Below, piece after piece: positions 27,078-36,614 of a stretch of 64,000 nucleotides of DNA. The notes below the pieces were generated by a model. It did not search any database. It was given only the letters and a program-made list of their open reading frames with translations, and was not told the DNA's origin. Source of the stretch: an uncultured Candidatus Peribacteria bacterium (GTDB taxonomy: Bacteria > Patescibacteriota > Gracilibacteria > UBA1369); contig CAZBQJ010000003.1 of NCBI GenBank assembly GCA_964494085.1, forward strand, positions 3,502 to 67,501, in the 5' to 3' direction. A program made the translations under genes and the position numbers. Every line of letters starts with the position of its first letter. Position 1 is the first letter of the stretch.

Positions 27078-28716
27078 TTTGTAATTTTTTTAGAGCCAAT
27101 TCACTACCTCGACTGATAAATAATATCACGGTTGGACGTTTGGAAATTCTTCGCTGCAATTCATCCAACAGGTCTGCCGGCCTATCGATCAGGAATAAAT
27201 AGTCACTGAAATGTGCCTTTTGAAAGCCTTCCAATAACGGTTTTTCAAAATCCCCGGAAGTTAGAAAAGCTTCATTGGCCACAGTCCCCATTTTCTCCGC
27301 CACTCTTCGATGTTCGGCAGAACTTTCTGAACCCAATTCCAGCATACCGGGGAAAACCACTATTTTCTGCCAATCTTTATATAAATTCAAGTAATTTAAC
27401 CCGGCAATCACGCCGTCCGGGTTGGCGTTATATGTATCATCGATCAAAACTAAATTCTGCCTGGGTTTAATCACTGTCAAAGTGTGTTTGCGGAGCTTGA
27501 TTTTCTTCACTCTTTCAGCGATTTCCGGCAATTTCATGTCCATTTCCAGGGCGGCCGCCACCGCAGCCAAAATATTTGAAACATTGTGGCGGCCGGGAAG
27601 TGGAGCCGCGAATTCCACTCCGGCAATTTTAAACTTAATTCCTTCCAGAGTTTCTTCCACATCAGTCGCCGCTAAATCTGCTTTCCTATCTGTCCCATAT
27701 TTGACAATCTTTCCCAATTTCAAATCTTCCGCACGATAGGCCAAGTCGGCCGCCCCGTCATTATCCAGATTAAAAATTGCCGTTCCAAATTCCGGTAGAT
27801 TTTCAATCAGTTCAAATTTGGCTTTCTTGATATTTTCCAGAGAACCAAACATCGCTAAATGAGCGTCTTTTACCGCTGTGATAATGCCAATTCGCGCGGA
27901 AACCAGTTTGGCAATTTTGCGAATTTCACCGATTTTATAAGCTCCTGCTTCCACAATAAAAACCTGATCTGTCGGCCGCAAGTGTTTCAAGATAATTCCC
28001 GCTACACCTATTTCCGTATTGGTATTTCCCGGAGTCTTCAAAACTCTATATTTGCCACTGAGGATCTCAGCCAGAATTTCCTTCACCGAACTTTTTCCAT
28101 AGCTCCCGGTAATCGCAATTACCTTCAGACTCTGCATTTGAGCGATTTTACGCTCAGCACGACGCAAAATTACGGCTTTGGAGATAAGCGTCACTGGATA
28201 AAATACAACTACAGCCAGAGCATTAATCAACGGAGTAAACAGGTAGGCGCCAATTATTCCCAGATAAATATAGACTTCTATGTAACCCGTACTTTTCGAA
28301 AAAAGCGCATAAATTGCCCAAGGAACGCTCGCCAAAACTAAGGTGGTAATGATAATTAAAAGGGCTTTCCCGGTTTTATCCGGACGATAGAACTTTCTTT
28401 TGGTCGCTCTCCAAATTGCCTCCAGCATTTCCAGACCGGCAAAGATCAACAACGCTGCATAAAAAATTGGCGTTAAGTTGGCGTTGGGACGCCCCATCAC
28501 CAGGAAAATAACCAGGGAGATTAATAGCAGAAACCTCAGCCCAAAAAACCAATTAAAGATTTTACGGCGTCCACTTTTGGTAGTCAGAAAATCACGCATC
28601 CTATCCCAGCGGTATTCTTTCAACTGCCAGAAATAAGTGTAATAAATTGTGCTCTGTAAAAATGCCATCATTGCCAGAAACAGCGCCAGGCCCTCTAAAT
28701 TTTTCAAAAACTCCAT
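27067..28716 (-). CDS. murF: UDP-MurNAc-tripeptide--D-Ala-D-Ala ligase (MurF) with a polytopic membrane N-terminal extension
   Basis: Mur ligase P-loop ITGSYGKSSVKE and the MurF-type motif DDTYNANPD. The first roughly 190 aa contain about 5 hydrophobic helices. Confidence 0.85.
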   Translation of the reverse strand: MEFLKNLEGLALFLAMMAFLQSTIYYTYFWQLKEYRWDRMRDFLTTKSGRRKIFNWFFGLRFLLLISLVIFLVMGRPNANLTPIFYAALLIFAGLEMLEAIWRATKRKFYRPDKTGKALLIIITTLVLASVPWAIYALFSKSTGYIEVYIYLGIIGAYLFTPLINALAVVVFYPVTLISKAVILRRAERKIAQMQSLKVIAITGSYGKSSVKEILAEILSGKYRVLKTPGNTNTEIGVAGIILKHLRPTDQVFIVEAGAYKIGEIRKIAKLVSARIGIITAVKDAHLAMFGSLENIKKAKFELIENLPEFGTAIFNLDNDGAADLAYRAEDLKLGKIVKYGTDRKADLAATDVEETLEGIKFKIAGVEFAAPLPGRHNVSNILAAVAAALEMDMKLPEIAERVKKIKLRKHTLTVIKPRQNLVLIDDTYNANPDGVIAGLNYLNLYKDWQKIVVFPGMLELGSESSAEHRRVAEKMGTVANEAFLTSGDFEKPLLEGFQKAHFSDYLFLIDRPADLLDELQRRISKRPTVILFISRGSELALKKLQNET

Positions 28717-28719
28717 TTA

Positions 28720-29535
28720 TTATTTCTCAATAAATTCTTTCACCTTCTCTGCAATTTCCACAGCATGGGTTTTGTGTATGCCATGTTTACCTTCATTAAA
28801 AGTAATCAATTTACTTTCATTGATCCGATGATGCATATATAAAGCATCCAGATAAGGGACATAAGAATCTTTTTTACCCCAAATTAGCAAAGTTGGATTT
28901 TTTATATTGATTACTGCATCGCGCAAGTCCTCATCGATCACTTTTATAAATGTTTCTCGCATAATACTGGTGGATTTTTCATAATCATGATTACGCAAGG
29001 CTTTATATAAAACCTTTTGGGCCAGGGGAGAACTCCAACGTAGTACTGGTAAGCTAAAGGCTCGTTTGCCGGCTTTGGCTGCCAGACGAGCCACTTTCAC
29101 TCGCAAGGTTTTCTTTGGCTTAATGCCGGCCGCCGCAATCAAGATCAAATGATCTGGTCTTTCAGCAATCAAGTGTTCAAAATCAGGAGATAGCATTTTT
29201 AAAGCAATTCTCCCTCCAAAAGAATGAACTATTAAGTCATAATTAGCATCCCAGTCAGATTCTTTGGCCAATTCTTTAATGATTTTTTCAGTAAATTGAG
29301 CATAGTCATTGACGTTCCAGGCTTGCGGCGGCGCATCACTCATCCCAAAGCCGGGCAAATCAACTGCTATGCAAAGCGTTGTCTTCAAGACGCCATCCTT
29401 CTCCATTTCTCCGATCAAAGGAAGCCAGCTTTCCTTGCATCCGCCCCAGCCATGCAGCATCAACAACGGTTTTCCTTGTCCAGAAAGCAGTACAGACACC
29501 TTGATTCCATCAATTTCTATAATTCTTTTCTCCAC
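28720..29535 (-). CDS. alpha/beta-fold hydrolase
   Basis: LLMLHGWGG oxyanion region, nucleophile elbow HSFGG, and a C-terminal His (GKHGIH). Confidence 0.8.
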   Translation of the reverse strand: MEKRIIEIDGIKVSVLLSGQGKPLLMLHGWGGCKESWLPLIGEMEKDGVLKTTLCIAVDLPGFGMSDAPPQAWNVNDYAQFTEKIIKELAKESDWDANYDLIVHSFGGRIALKMLSPDFEHLIAERPDHLILIAAAGIKPKKTLRVKVARLAAKAGKRAFSLPVLRWSSPLAQKVLYKALRNHDYEKSTSIMRETFIKVIDEDLRDAVINIKNPTLLIWGKKDSYVPYLDALYMHHRINESKLITFNEGKHGIHKTHAVEIAEKVKEFIEK

Positions 29536-29736
29536 TTGTGTGTATATACGGTTATAAGGGGGCTTATTTCAGACCAACTAAATCTAGTACGTTTTTACGA
29601 TTAGCGCTATTCTAATTGAAATTGGAAATAACACCAAAAAATGTTAGAATCGCCACTGCTACGGTCTGTTATTTACGGCTAGAGCTTATCGAATTATATC
29701 TTTACATAGAAATCTTACAACTTTACAAAGAAATCC

Positions 29737-30423
29737 ATGCAACAATTTTCCACTCCAGGTCAACCCATGACAACAACAGCCACCTTTGGAGCCAGCTTCA
29801 TGTCCAAGGTATTAACCTGCTTTGGAGTGGCAGTCGGAATCTCCGCCTTGGGAGCCTATCTCGGCCTCAATTATTTCGTGGAGTATTTTATCTCTACTCC
29901 CGCCTTGGTTTATGGCTTAATTATCGCTGAATTAGCCCTGGTTTTGACTTCCGGATTTTGGAGTAAAAAGGAGCCCATTAATGTCTTTTTATTCGGGTTG
30001 TTCGCCTTTATCACCGGGTTAACTTTGGTCCCAATTTTGGCTTATCTGACCCTTTCTGCGGGTGGGGTGAATTTATTGGTTAAAGCATTGGCCGCTACTG
30101 CCTTAATGTTTGGTGGATGTGCGATTTTCGGGGCCACCACACAGCATAATTTACAGGGCATGAGAGGATTTTTGATCATGGCCTTGATCGGTCTGATCGT
30201 CGTCTCTCTGATCGGATTGTTTGTCCCTTGGAACAATACTTTTGAAATGATCTTTTCCGGGATAGGAGTGATAATTTTCAGCGGCTATACCATGTATGAT
30301 ATTCAAAGACTCAAACATTATCCCGAAGATATGTATATTATGGCTGCCATGCAATTATATCTTGATATTTTCAACTTATTCCTTTATATTCTCAGACTTT
30401 TGAGCGCTTTAAGCCGTCGCTAA
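29737..30423 (+). CDS. BAX inhibitor-1 / YccA-family membrane protein
   Basis: Seven hydrophobic helices and a C-terminal region (YDIQRLK...LYLDIFNLFLYILRLL) typical of the family. Confidence 0.85.
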   Translation: MQQFSTPGQPMTTTATFGASFMSKVLTCFGVAVGISALGAYLGLNYFVEYFISTPALVYGLIIAELALVLTSGFWSKKEPINVFLFGLFAFITGLTLVPILAYLTLSAGGVNLLVKALAATALMFGGCAIFGATTQHNLQGMRGFLIMALIGLIVVSLIGLFVPWNNTFEMIFSGIGVIIFSGYTMYDIQRLKHYPEDMYIMAAMQLYLDIFNLFLYILRLLSALSRR

Positions 30424-30448
30424 AAGCCCAGAAATTTACGCAACGTCA

Positions 30449-31009
30449 ATGATTAAAGATATTACCACCGTTAGAGTGGGCCAAGTATGGAATGATGGCA
30501 GTGGGGCCACTCTCAAAGACATTATTGATACCGAACCTGATTTAGGGGCGGATGTTAAGCTGAAATCCCCACTCAAAGCGGATTTGATGTTAGTCCGGAT
30601 GAAGGATGGGCTGGTCGTCGTCTTCTCAGATCTTTCCACTAGCGTCGATCAAACCTGTGCCAAATGCCTGGAAAAATTTACCCAGTTCATTGAAGTAGAT
30701 AACTTTGAACGCAATTTTCAAGCTCATCTGCCGGAAAGAGACTTTGATCCTCAGGAAACATTTTTAATCAATCAAAAAGACCTGACTATCGACTTAACCG
30801 AGTCATTGCGACAGGAAATAATCTTGCATTTTCCTTTGATTCCAGTATGCTCAGAGCGCTGTCAGGGGCTTTGTGTATCCTGTGCGGTCAACCTCAATCA
30901 TCAAAAGCATCGACCGGGTTGTCTCGCCAATCAAAAAACATCTGTGCCATCAGGTTCTGAAGACACTCATAAACCTTTTGCCAACCTCAAAGATTTACTA
31001 AATCAATAA
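30449..31009 (+). CDS. yceD: YceD/DUF177-family protein
   Basis: Cys pairs (CAKC ... CSERCQGLCVSC). Lies immediately upstream of rpmF, the conserved yceD-rpmF pairing. Confidence 0.8.
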   Translation: MIKDITTVRVGQVWNDGSGATLKDIIDTEPDLGADVKLKSPLKADLMLVRMKDGLVVVFSDLSTSVDQTCAKCLEKFTQFIEVDNFERNFQAHLPERDFDPQETFLINQKDLTIDLTESLRQEIILHFPLIPVCSERCQGLCVSCAVNLNHQKHRPGCLANQKTSVPSGSEDTHKPFANLKDLLNQ

Positions 31010-31026
31010 GTTATTAATTAATAGTC

Positions 31027-31218
31027 ATGGCTAAGCATCCAGTACCCAAATACAAGACCACCAAGAGCCGCTCCAAATCCAGACATAGCGCTTTTATGTC
31101 TCGCACTCGCATCAAACTAATGGGTATAGTTACCAAAATGAAGAATTTGGAATTAAAAGGTAACTTAAAATTGAGAGAAAAGACCAAAAAAACCGTCGTC
31201 AAGAAGGTTAAAGCCTAA
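31027..31218 (+). CDS. rpmF: 50S ribosomal protein bL32
   Basis: 63 aa with N-terminus MAKHPVPKYKTTKSRSKSRHSAF, typical of bL32. Confidence 0.9.
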   Translation: MAKHPVPKYKTTKSRSKSRHSAFMSRTRIKLMGIVTKMKNLELKGNLKLREKTKKTVVKKVKA

Positions 31219-31259
31219 AGCAAGTTTTCCCAAAAGGGCTAGAAAACTAGCAGTCTGTC

Positions 31260-31268
31260 TGCTATAAT
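31260..31268 (+). promoter_or_regulatory. extended -10 element TGCTATAAT upstream of nusB
   Basis: Exact TGnTATAAT, 32 nt upstream of the nusB ATG. The same 9-mer recurs at 36546 and 46690. Confidence 0.35.
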
Positions 31269-31299
31269 TTACAGATACTTAAAAACTTATCAGTTATCT

Positions 31300-31797
31300 A
31301 TGGCAAGTTATAGGCACCTCGCGAGAATTGCCGTCATGCAGACTCTCTTCTCCTATCAATTCCGTAACGAAAAATTGCCACCCGACCTGGAGTCCAATAG
31401 TAAGGAATTTGGCAACAAATTGACTGACCTGACTTTTGCCCGCAATTTACTCAACGGTGTAATCGAACATCAAGAGGAAATTCGTGAAATAATCAGTAAA
31501 GAAGCCCCGGAATGGCCATTCGAAAGAATAGCTTTAATTGATCGTGTCATTATTTCCATGGGCATTTTTGAAATCCTCCATTCTCAGGACGTCCCTCCGG
31601 TTGTTGCCATCAACGAAGCAATTGAAATCTCTAAAGTTTTTGGAGACTTGAATAGTAGTAAATTCGTTAATGGTGTGCTCAGTACTATTATGAACAAATA
31701 TAAACCTGAAGGTACAAACCGCTCTGCTTCGGTGAAACACGATAAACAAAAGTCAACCGCCAAGGCTAAAAAAGCCTCCAAGAGTTCCTCCAAGTAA
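31300..31797 (+). CDS. nusB: transcription antitermination factor NusB with a basic C-terminal tail
   Basis: RIAVMQTLFSY start, FERIALIDRVIISMGIFEIL, VAINEAIEISKVFG. Confidence 0.85.
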   Translation: MASYRHLARIAVMQTLFSYQFRNEKLPPDLESNSKEFGNKLTDLTFARNLLNGVIEHQEEIREIISKEAPEWPFERIALIDRVIISMGIFEILHSQDVPPVVAINEAIEISKVFGDLNSSKFVNGVLSTIMNKYKPEGTNRSASVKHDKQKSTAKAKKASKSSSK

Positions 31798-31810
31798 TCA
31801 CCCAGACATC

Positions 31811-32530
31811 ATGTTAGCTGAAAGATACAAAGCTTTGCTGGAAAAAATCTCTATAAAATTTAAAAAAATAGAGCTTTTGGATTTGGCTTTTGTCCACAAA
31901 TCCTATTTAAACGAACATCGCAATCTAAAAAGTCACCACAATGAGCGATTGGAATTCCTGGGTGATGCGGTTTTGGAATTAATTGTCACTAAATATTTGT
32001 ATTTGAAATACCCTGAAGAAGGAGAAGGAGTCCTCACTAATTGGAGGTCAGCCTTGGTTAAAGGCAAACATTTGGCGGAAATCTCTGTCGAATTGGATTT
32101 GGGCATTTATCTGTACTTGAGCAGGGGAGAAGAGCGCTCCGGGGGCCGACGGAAAAACTATATTTTGGCCAATACGCTGGAGGCTTTAATCGGGGCGATC
32201 TATCTGGATCAAGGCTACAAAGGTGCTCAACTTTTTGCCGAAGAATTTATTCTCGCTCGTCTCGATCAAATATTAGAAAAGGGCTTACATGTCGACGCCA
32301 AGTCCAGGTTCCAGGAAATCGCCCAGGAACTGGTAGGGTTGACCCCAGACTATCGTTTTGTTTCCGAAGAGGGGCCTGATCATGAAAAAGTTTTTACCAT
32401 GGGCTTGTATTTGGGCCAGGAAAAAATCGCTGAAGGTCAGGGGTCCAGCAAGCAAAAAGCCGAACAAGAAGCCGCCATCAATGGTCTCCAAGCCAAACAA
32501 TGGGAAAATGTTCAATTATCAACTGACTGA
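31811..32530 (+). CDS. rnc: ribonuclease III
   Basis: Signature NERLEFLGDAVLE and a C-terminal dsRBD (GPDHEKVFT...SKQKAEQEAA). Confidence 0.95.
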   Translation: MLAERYKALLEKISIKFKKIELLDLAFVHKSYLNEHRNLKSHHNERLEFLGDAVLELIVTKYLYLKYPEEGEGVLTNWRSALVKGKHLAEISVELDLGIYLYLSRGEERSGGRRKNYILANTLEALIGAIYLDQGYKGAQLFAEEFILARLDQILEKGLHVDAKSRFQEIAQELVGLTPDYRFVSEEGPDHEKVFTMGLYLGQEKIAEGQGSSKQKAEQEAAINGLQAKQWENVQLSTD

Positions 32531-32694
32531 AGTAATCGGCACACCACTTTTTTGCGACAGATACCAAACAGTGAAAATTAATCCAACTAGAACCACCACT
32601 ATCAATAGCTTGAGAGCAAACTGTTGATGCCTGGTTTTTATGGGCAAATTGGCCATAACTTAAAATTAACTGACGGAATTGTAACATAATTCAG

Positions 32695-33678
32695 CTATTT
32701 GCTGAAGAGATTTTTCTCGAATGACCTTAGCCATTCCTGAACATCCTCACTATAGGGTTCCTTCCAAAATCCCACTTTAGCCAGTTTCTTGTCTAAATTT
32801 ATTGATCCCAACCATTTTCCTCCGGTAATCTTTACAGTTTTCTCCGGGTCGGCTTCACCAAATATTTCCCCACTCATATTCTCTACAATTCCATAAATCG
32901 GCACATTTAGACTTTGACACATATCCACTGCCTTGGCAGCGTCATCTAAAGCTGTTAGCTGTGGAATGGTTACTATCAACGCTCCATCAGGCTTAATAAT
33001 ATTAAAAAAAGTCAGTGGAGCCTCACTGGTTCCGGGTGGAAAATCAACCACCAAAATATCCAGATCCCCCCAATCACTATCAAAAAAGAGTTGCTCAATT
33101 GCCTTGGCGATCACCGGACCACGCCACATTATCGCCATATTCGGTCGTTCTTGAATTGCCCCCATGGAGATCACCTTCAACCCATCAACCAGTAGTGGCT
33201 CAATCTTTTTATCTTTATTGGCCATATGTCTTTCTTCTACACCCAGCACTCTCATCACATTCGGACAATCGATATCCAGATCCAGTAGGCCAACTTTTTT
33301 ACCACTTTTTTGCAGGAAAGTAGCAATCAAAATCGCTAGAGTAGTTTTTCCTACACCACCCTTTCCGCTATGTACAGCCAAGATTTTACTGATTCCAGCC
33401 GGCTTGCCCTGGCGCAGTTTACTCGACTTCCCAAAATCATCTCGATAATGTCCACTAACTCCGGAAATTTCCGGCCATTTTACCGGTATTCCCAGTTTCT
33501 TGCTGAGATTATTTAAAATCACCTGTAAAGGAATTTTTTGTTCCAGGGCAATTTCCACCAAAGACTTTTCTTTTTCTTTTGTAGATATTTCTAAACCCAA
33601 ACCATTTAGGATCATCAAGCTGGCCGGATGGTCTTTCATCAATTCACCTAGTTGTACTTGACCGGTTAATTCTTTCAT
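32695..33678 (-). CDS. Mrp/ApbC/NBP35-family Fe-S cluster carrier ATPase with an extra N-terminal domain
   Basis: Deviant Walker A HSGKGGVGKTT and the ParA/MinD fold. The roughly 95-aa N-terminal extension is possibly DUF1858-like (unverified). Confidence 0.8.
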   Translation of the reverse strand: MKELTGQVQLGELMKDHPASLMILNGLGLEISTKEKEKSLVEIALEQKIPLQVILNNLSKKLGIPVKWPEISGVSGHYRDDFGKSSKLRQGKPAGISKILAVHSGKGGVGKTTLAILIATFLQKSGKKVGLLDLDIDCPNVMRVLGVEERHMANKDKKIEPLLVDGLKVISMGAIQERPNMAIMWRGPVIAKAIEQLFFDSDWGDLDILVVDFPPGTSEAPLTFFNIIKPDGALIVTIPQLTALDDAAKAVDMCQSLNVPIYGIVENMSGEIFGEADPEKTVKITGGKWLGSINLDKKLAKVGFWKEPYSEDVQEWLRSFEKNLFSK

Positions 33679-33795
33679 TTTCTCAATTCAGATAGGGTAT
33701 TTAGACACACTTTGTCACTACTGCCACTTGGCAAATCCTGCTGAAATCTTATTATACTTCTAGTGAATATCAATAGTAATTAATACCCGGAGAAT

Positions 33796-34242
33796 ATGAC
33801 CAACCAGAATTCTACACGCAATGGTGAAATTAAGGAATTCTCTGCGGGAGTTGTAGTGTTTCGAGAGCAGGGAGAACAACGAAAATACCTCTTACTGCAC
33901 TATCCGGGCGGACACTTTGATTTTCCGAAAGGTCATTTGGAGCGAGGAGAGAATGAGCGTCAAGCCGCCATCAGGGAACTGGAGGAAGAAACCGGTATCT
34001 CAGAAATCACTTTGATGGAAGGATTTCTCGACCAAGTTGTCTATTTTTTTAAGCGTAAAGGTGAATTGGTCCGTAAGACTGTTACCTTTTTTTTAGGCAA
34101 AACCAAGCAAAGTGAAATAATATTGTCGGACGAACATCAAGGTTATTTATGGTTGGATTATCAGTCTGCCTTGGCTAAAGTAACTTTTGAGAATGCCCGA
34201 GAAATCCTTCGTCAGGCCGAACAATTTTTGACAAATTATTAA
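33796..34242 (+). CDS. NUDIX hydrolase
   Basis: Nudix box GHFDFPKGHLERGENERQAAIRELEEETGI. Confidence 0.85.
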   Translation: MTNQNSTRNGEIKEFSAGVVVFREQGEQRKYLLLHYPGGHFDFPKGHLERGENERQAAIRELEEETGISEITLMEGFLDQVVYFFKRKGELVRKTVTFFLGKTKQSEIILSDEHQGYLWLDYQSALAKVTFENAREILRQAEQFLTNY

Positions 34243-34249
34243 GACAAAT

Positions 34250-35710
34250 ATGAAAACTACTTATAGAAAAACCTTAACGGAAAAAGATAAAGTTACTCTT
34301 ATTCCTTTTTTTAAAGATCTGAAAAATGTTCCGGAAATTTATCGTGACTGGCTCAAAAAGCGTGAAAAATTGGTTAATTTCCATGGTAAACTAGGCGAAA
34401 GCTTCATCTATTTTCCCGACGCTCCACTCGAACCTCATAAAATTCTATTTTATTGTTTTGGCGAAAAGAGTCAGATCAAACCCGCCCAACTGCGCAGTGG
34501 AATTGCTCTGGCGGTGAAAAAATTACGCAAATATCCGGTACCGGAATTAAGTATTGTCATCAATAAAGGTTTCAATAAATTTGGTCAGGAAATTGGTGAA
34601 GCGATTGCTTTGGCCAACTACAATACCGGAATCTATAAAACCGGTGATGCTCAACGGGAAGGAGAAGATCGAATTGTCAAAAAGGTCAACATCATCGGGG
34701 AGATTGATCGAGTCGGGAAATATGATTTGGAAGAGGGAATCAAAATCGGCCTGGCTGTCAATGAAGTAAGAGATTTAGTCAATTCACCTCACAGTCATGT
34801 TGATGCCGACACCATGGCAGCCAAGGCTGAACAGATTTGCCTGGAGAACAAAATCAAAGCCAAGGTTTTCGATAAAAAACAACTGGAGAAAATGCAAATG
34901 GGAGCCTTGTTGGGTGTAAACAAAGGCTCAAGCATTGGTGCAAAAATGGTCGTCATGGAATACCTTCCTTTGGGCAAACGTCAGGAGCCGATAGTTTTGG
35001 TCGGGAAAGGGGTTACTTTTGATACCGGCGGCGTTAATGTTAAGCCTACTAATGGCATCGCTGAAATGCATATGGACATGGCTGGCTCTGCGGCAGTGCT
35101 GGGAGTTTTTATGTTACTCAAAGAGCTGGAAATCAAACAAAACGTCATTGGAGTCATGCCTCTTACGGATAATGCCATTGACGCCCACGCTCAGAAACCC
35201 AGCGACATAGTTACATCTTATTGCGGTAAGACAATAGAGATTGGCAATACCGATGCCGAAGGCCGGTTAATCATTTGCGATGCCATTTCTTATGCTGTTC
35301 AGACCTATAAGCCATCGGCGATTATTGATGTTGCTACGCTGACCGGAGCCTGCATGGTAGCCCTCGGTGATCAGATGGCCGGTATGTTTGGCAATAATGA
35401 CAAAATGAAAGAGCGCCTAAAAAATGCCGCCGTCGAAACAGATGAAGAAGTCTGGGAATTACCGATTCATGAAGCTCATCGTCGCAGTCTGAAAGGAAAA
35501 TCCGCCGATTTAAACAATGTTGATACTTCGGGCATGGCTGGAGCTTGCACTGCCGCCGCCTTTATCGAACATTTCATCGAAGGTACCGACTGGATTCATC
35601 TGGATATCGCCGGCCCAGCCATGCCGAAAAAACCCAAGGACATCGACTTCCCCGGGGCCAGCGGCTATGGTGTGCGTCTGCTGACCAGATTTCTGCAGAA
35701 TCTCAAGTAA
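34250..35710 (+). CDS. pepA: leucyl aminopeptidase (M17)
   Basis: VGKGVTFDTGG, MHMDMAGSAAV and the signature NTDAEGRL. Confidence 0.9.
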   Translation: MKTTYRKTLTEKDKVTLIPFFKDLKNVPEIYRDWLKKREKLVNFHGKLGESFIYFPDAPLEPHKILFYCFGEKSQIKPAQLRSGIALAVKKLRKYPVPELSIVINKGFNKFGQEIGEAIALANYNTGIYKTGDAQREGEDRIVKKVNIIGEIDRVGKYDLEEGIKIGLAVNEVRDLVNSPHSHVDADTMAAKAEQICLENKIKAKVFDKKQLEKMQMGALLGVNKGSSIGAKMVVMEYLPLGKRQEPIVLVGKGVTFDTGGVNVKPTNGIAEMHMDMAGSAAVLGVFMLLKELEIKQNVIGVMPLTDNAIDAHAQKPSDIVTSYCGKTIEIGNTDAEGRLIICDAISYAVQTYKPSAIIDVATLTGACMVALGDQMAGMFGNNDKMKERLKNAAVETDEEVWELPIHEAHRRSLKGKSADLNNVDTSGMAGACTAAAFIEHFIEGTDWIHLDIAGPAMPKKPKDIDFPGASGYGVRLLTRFLQNLK

Positions 35711-35837
35711 GTGCCGGCGAATCCACTAGAATCATGCCAGCTCACCTGTGCCGTTATCGTCGTCGTTGCGCCAGCCGCCTGTGAAATTATCACCTCTATT
35801 GCACTTGCTGATATTCGAGATCTGCGCACCTCTGACA

Positions 35838-36359
35838 TTACCGCCGTCGTGCCTCCAGGCATTTTAGATCAATGCTATGGGCGATTTCATGATGGGCCGC
35901 GCTGGCGGATCTAGCCTTATCCGCCAGCGCTTCAGCCAAGCGGGCTTTTTCTCCGGCAATCTCCGCTTCGCGTCGATCGAGCGTCTCATTGATCAATACA
36001 TCAATATCAATTCCTTTACTCTGGAGTTCTTTGAGTCTAGCCGCCGTTGATGCTTTGACCTCAATATTTGACATGATGACAGAATCTGGTAAAGCGAGTT
36101 GCCCGGGCAATCCTATCTGCAACATTTTGGTATCCCTGACAAGAGCCTCCACAGCCGCTTTACTCAAAACCTCAACTTGTTCAGCCCAAAATCTTTCATT
36201 TTCCGGCGTCGCAACCGCCGCAATACGAATCAGTTTATTCACAGTGACTTTCCCGCTCACCAATTGATTTTTCAAAATGGGCATCTGCGCAAATTTGCGC
36301 TCCAGATTCAGTACATTACGCACCTGCTGTTCGCTTACGCCGATCCATATTGCTGGCAA
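35838..36359 (-). CDS. orphan ORF with an HTH-like N-terminus; possibly a truncated, frameshifted remnant of an HNH-endonuclease-type gene
   Basis: TTG start with an in-frame stop only 6 codons upstream. GVSEQQVRNVLNLERK...LVSGKVTVNKLIRI resembles the HTH region of DUF222/HNH-type proteins. The ORF ends AAHHEIAHSID. Looks G+C-richer than the neighbours by eye. Confidence 0.35.
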   Translation of the reverse strand: MPAIWIGVSEQQVRNVLNLERKFAQMPILKNQLVSGKVTVNKLIRIAAVATPENERFWAEQVEVLSKAAVEALVRDTKMLQIGLPGQLALPDSVIMSNIEVKASTAARLKELQSKGIDIDVLINETLDRREAEIAGEKARLAEALADKARSASAAHHEIAHSIDLKCLEARRR

Positions 36360-36545
36360 AGTTGAAAAAGTTGTTGGTCAGAAGCGTTGGTTGGCACGAT
36401 ATTGCTCATAGTAAAAAATTAGGAAACTTGTACCCTGGCCCCAATCTATTTAACTAAGAAAAAATCTAATCACTCTGACCAGCTCCAAGCTAGCAGAAAC
36501 AAGGCCAAAACACCATTTTTAGGAATAGAATTCAGCAGCTAATTC

Positions 36546-36554
36546 TGCTATAAT
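36546..36554 (+). promoter_or_regulatory. extended -10 element TGCTATAAT
   Basis: Exact TGnTATAAT, preceded by the inverted repeat agaatt-8nt-aattct. About 60 nt upstream of the 36615 ORF, with AGGAGG at 36585-36590. Confidence 0.35.
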
Positions 36555-36614
36555 TAACCGATAAAAGAATTATTAGCTAAAATCAGGAGGGCGAAGCCAA
36601 AGCAGAAGTGCCGG

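Noticed and set aside
29616-29930. 104-aa plus-strand ORF overlapping the start of the BI-1 gene.
   Set aside because: It is out of frame with the well-supported BI-1 family ORF (29737..30423) and covers the divergent promoter region. No motifs were seen.
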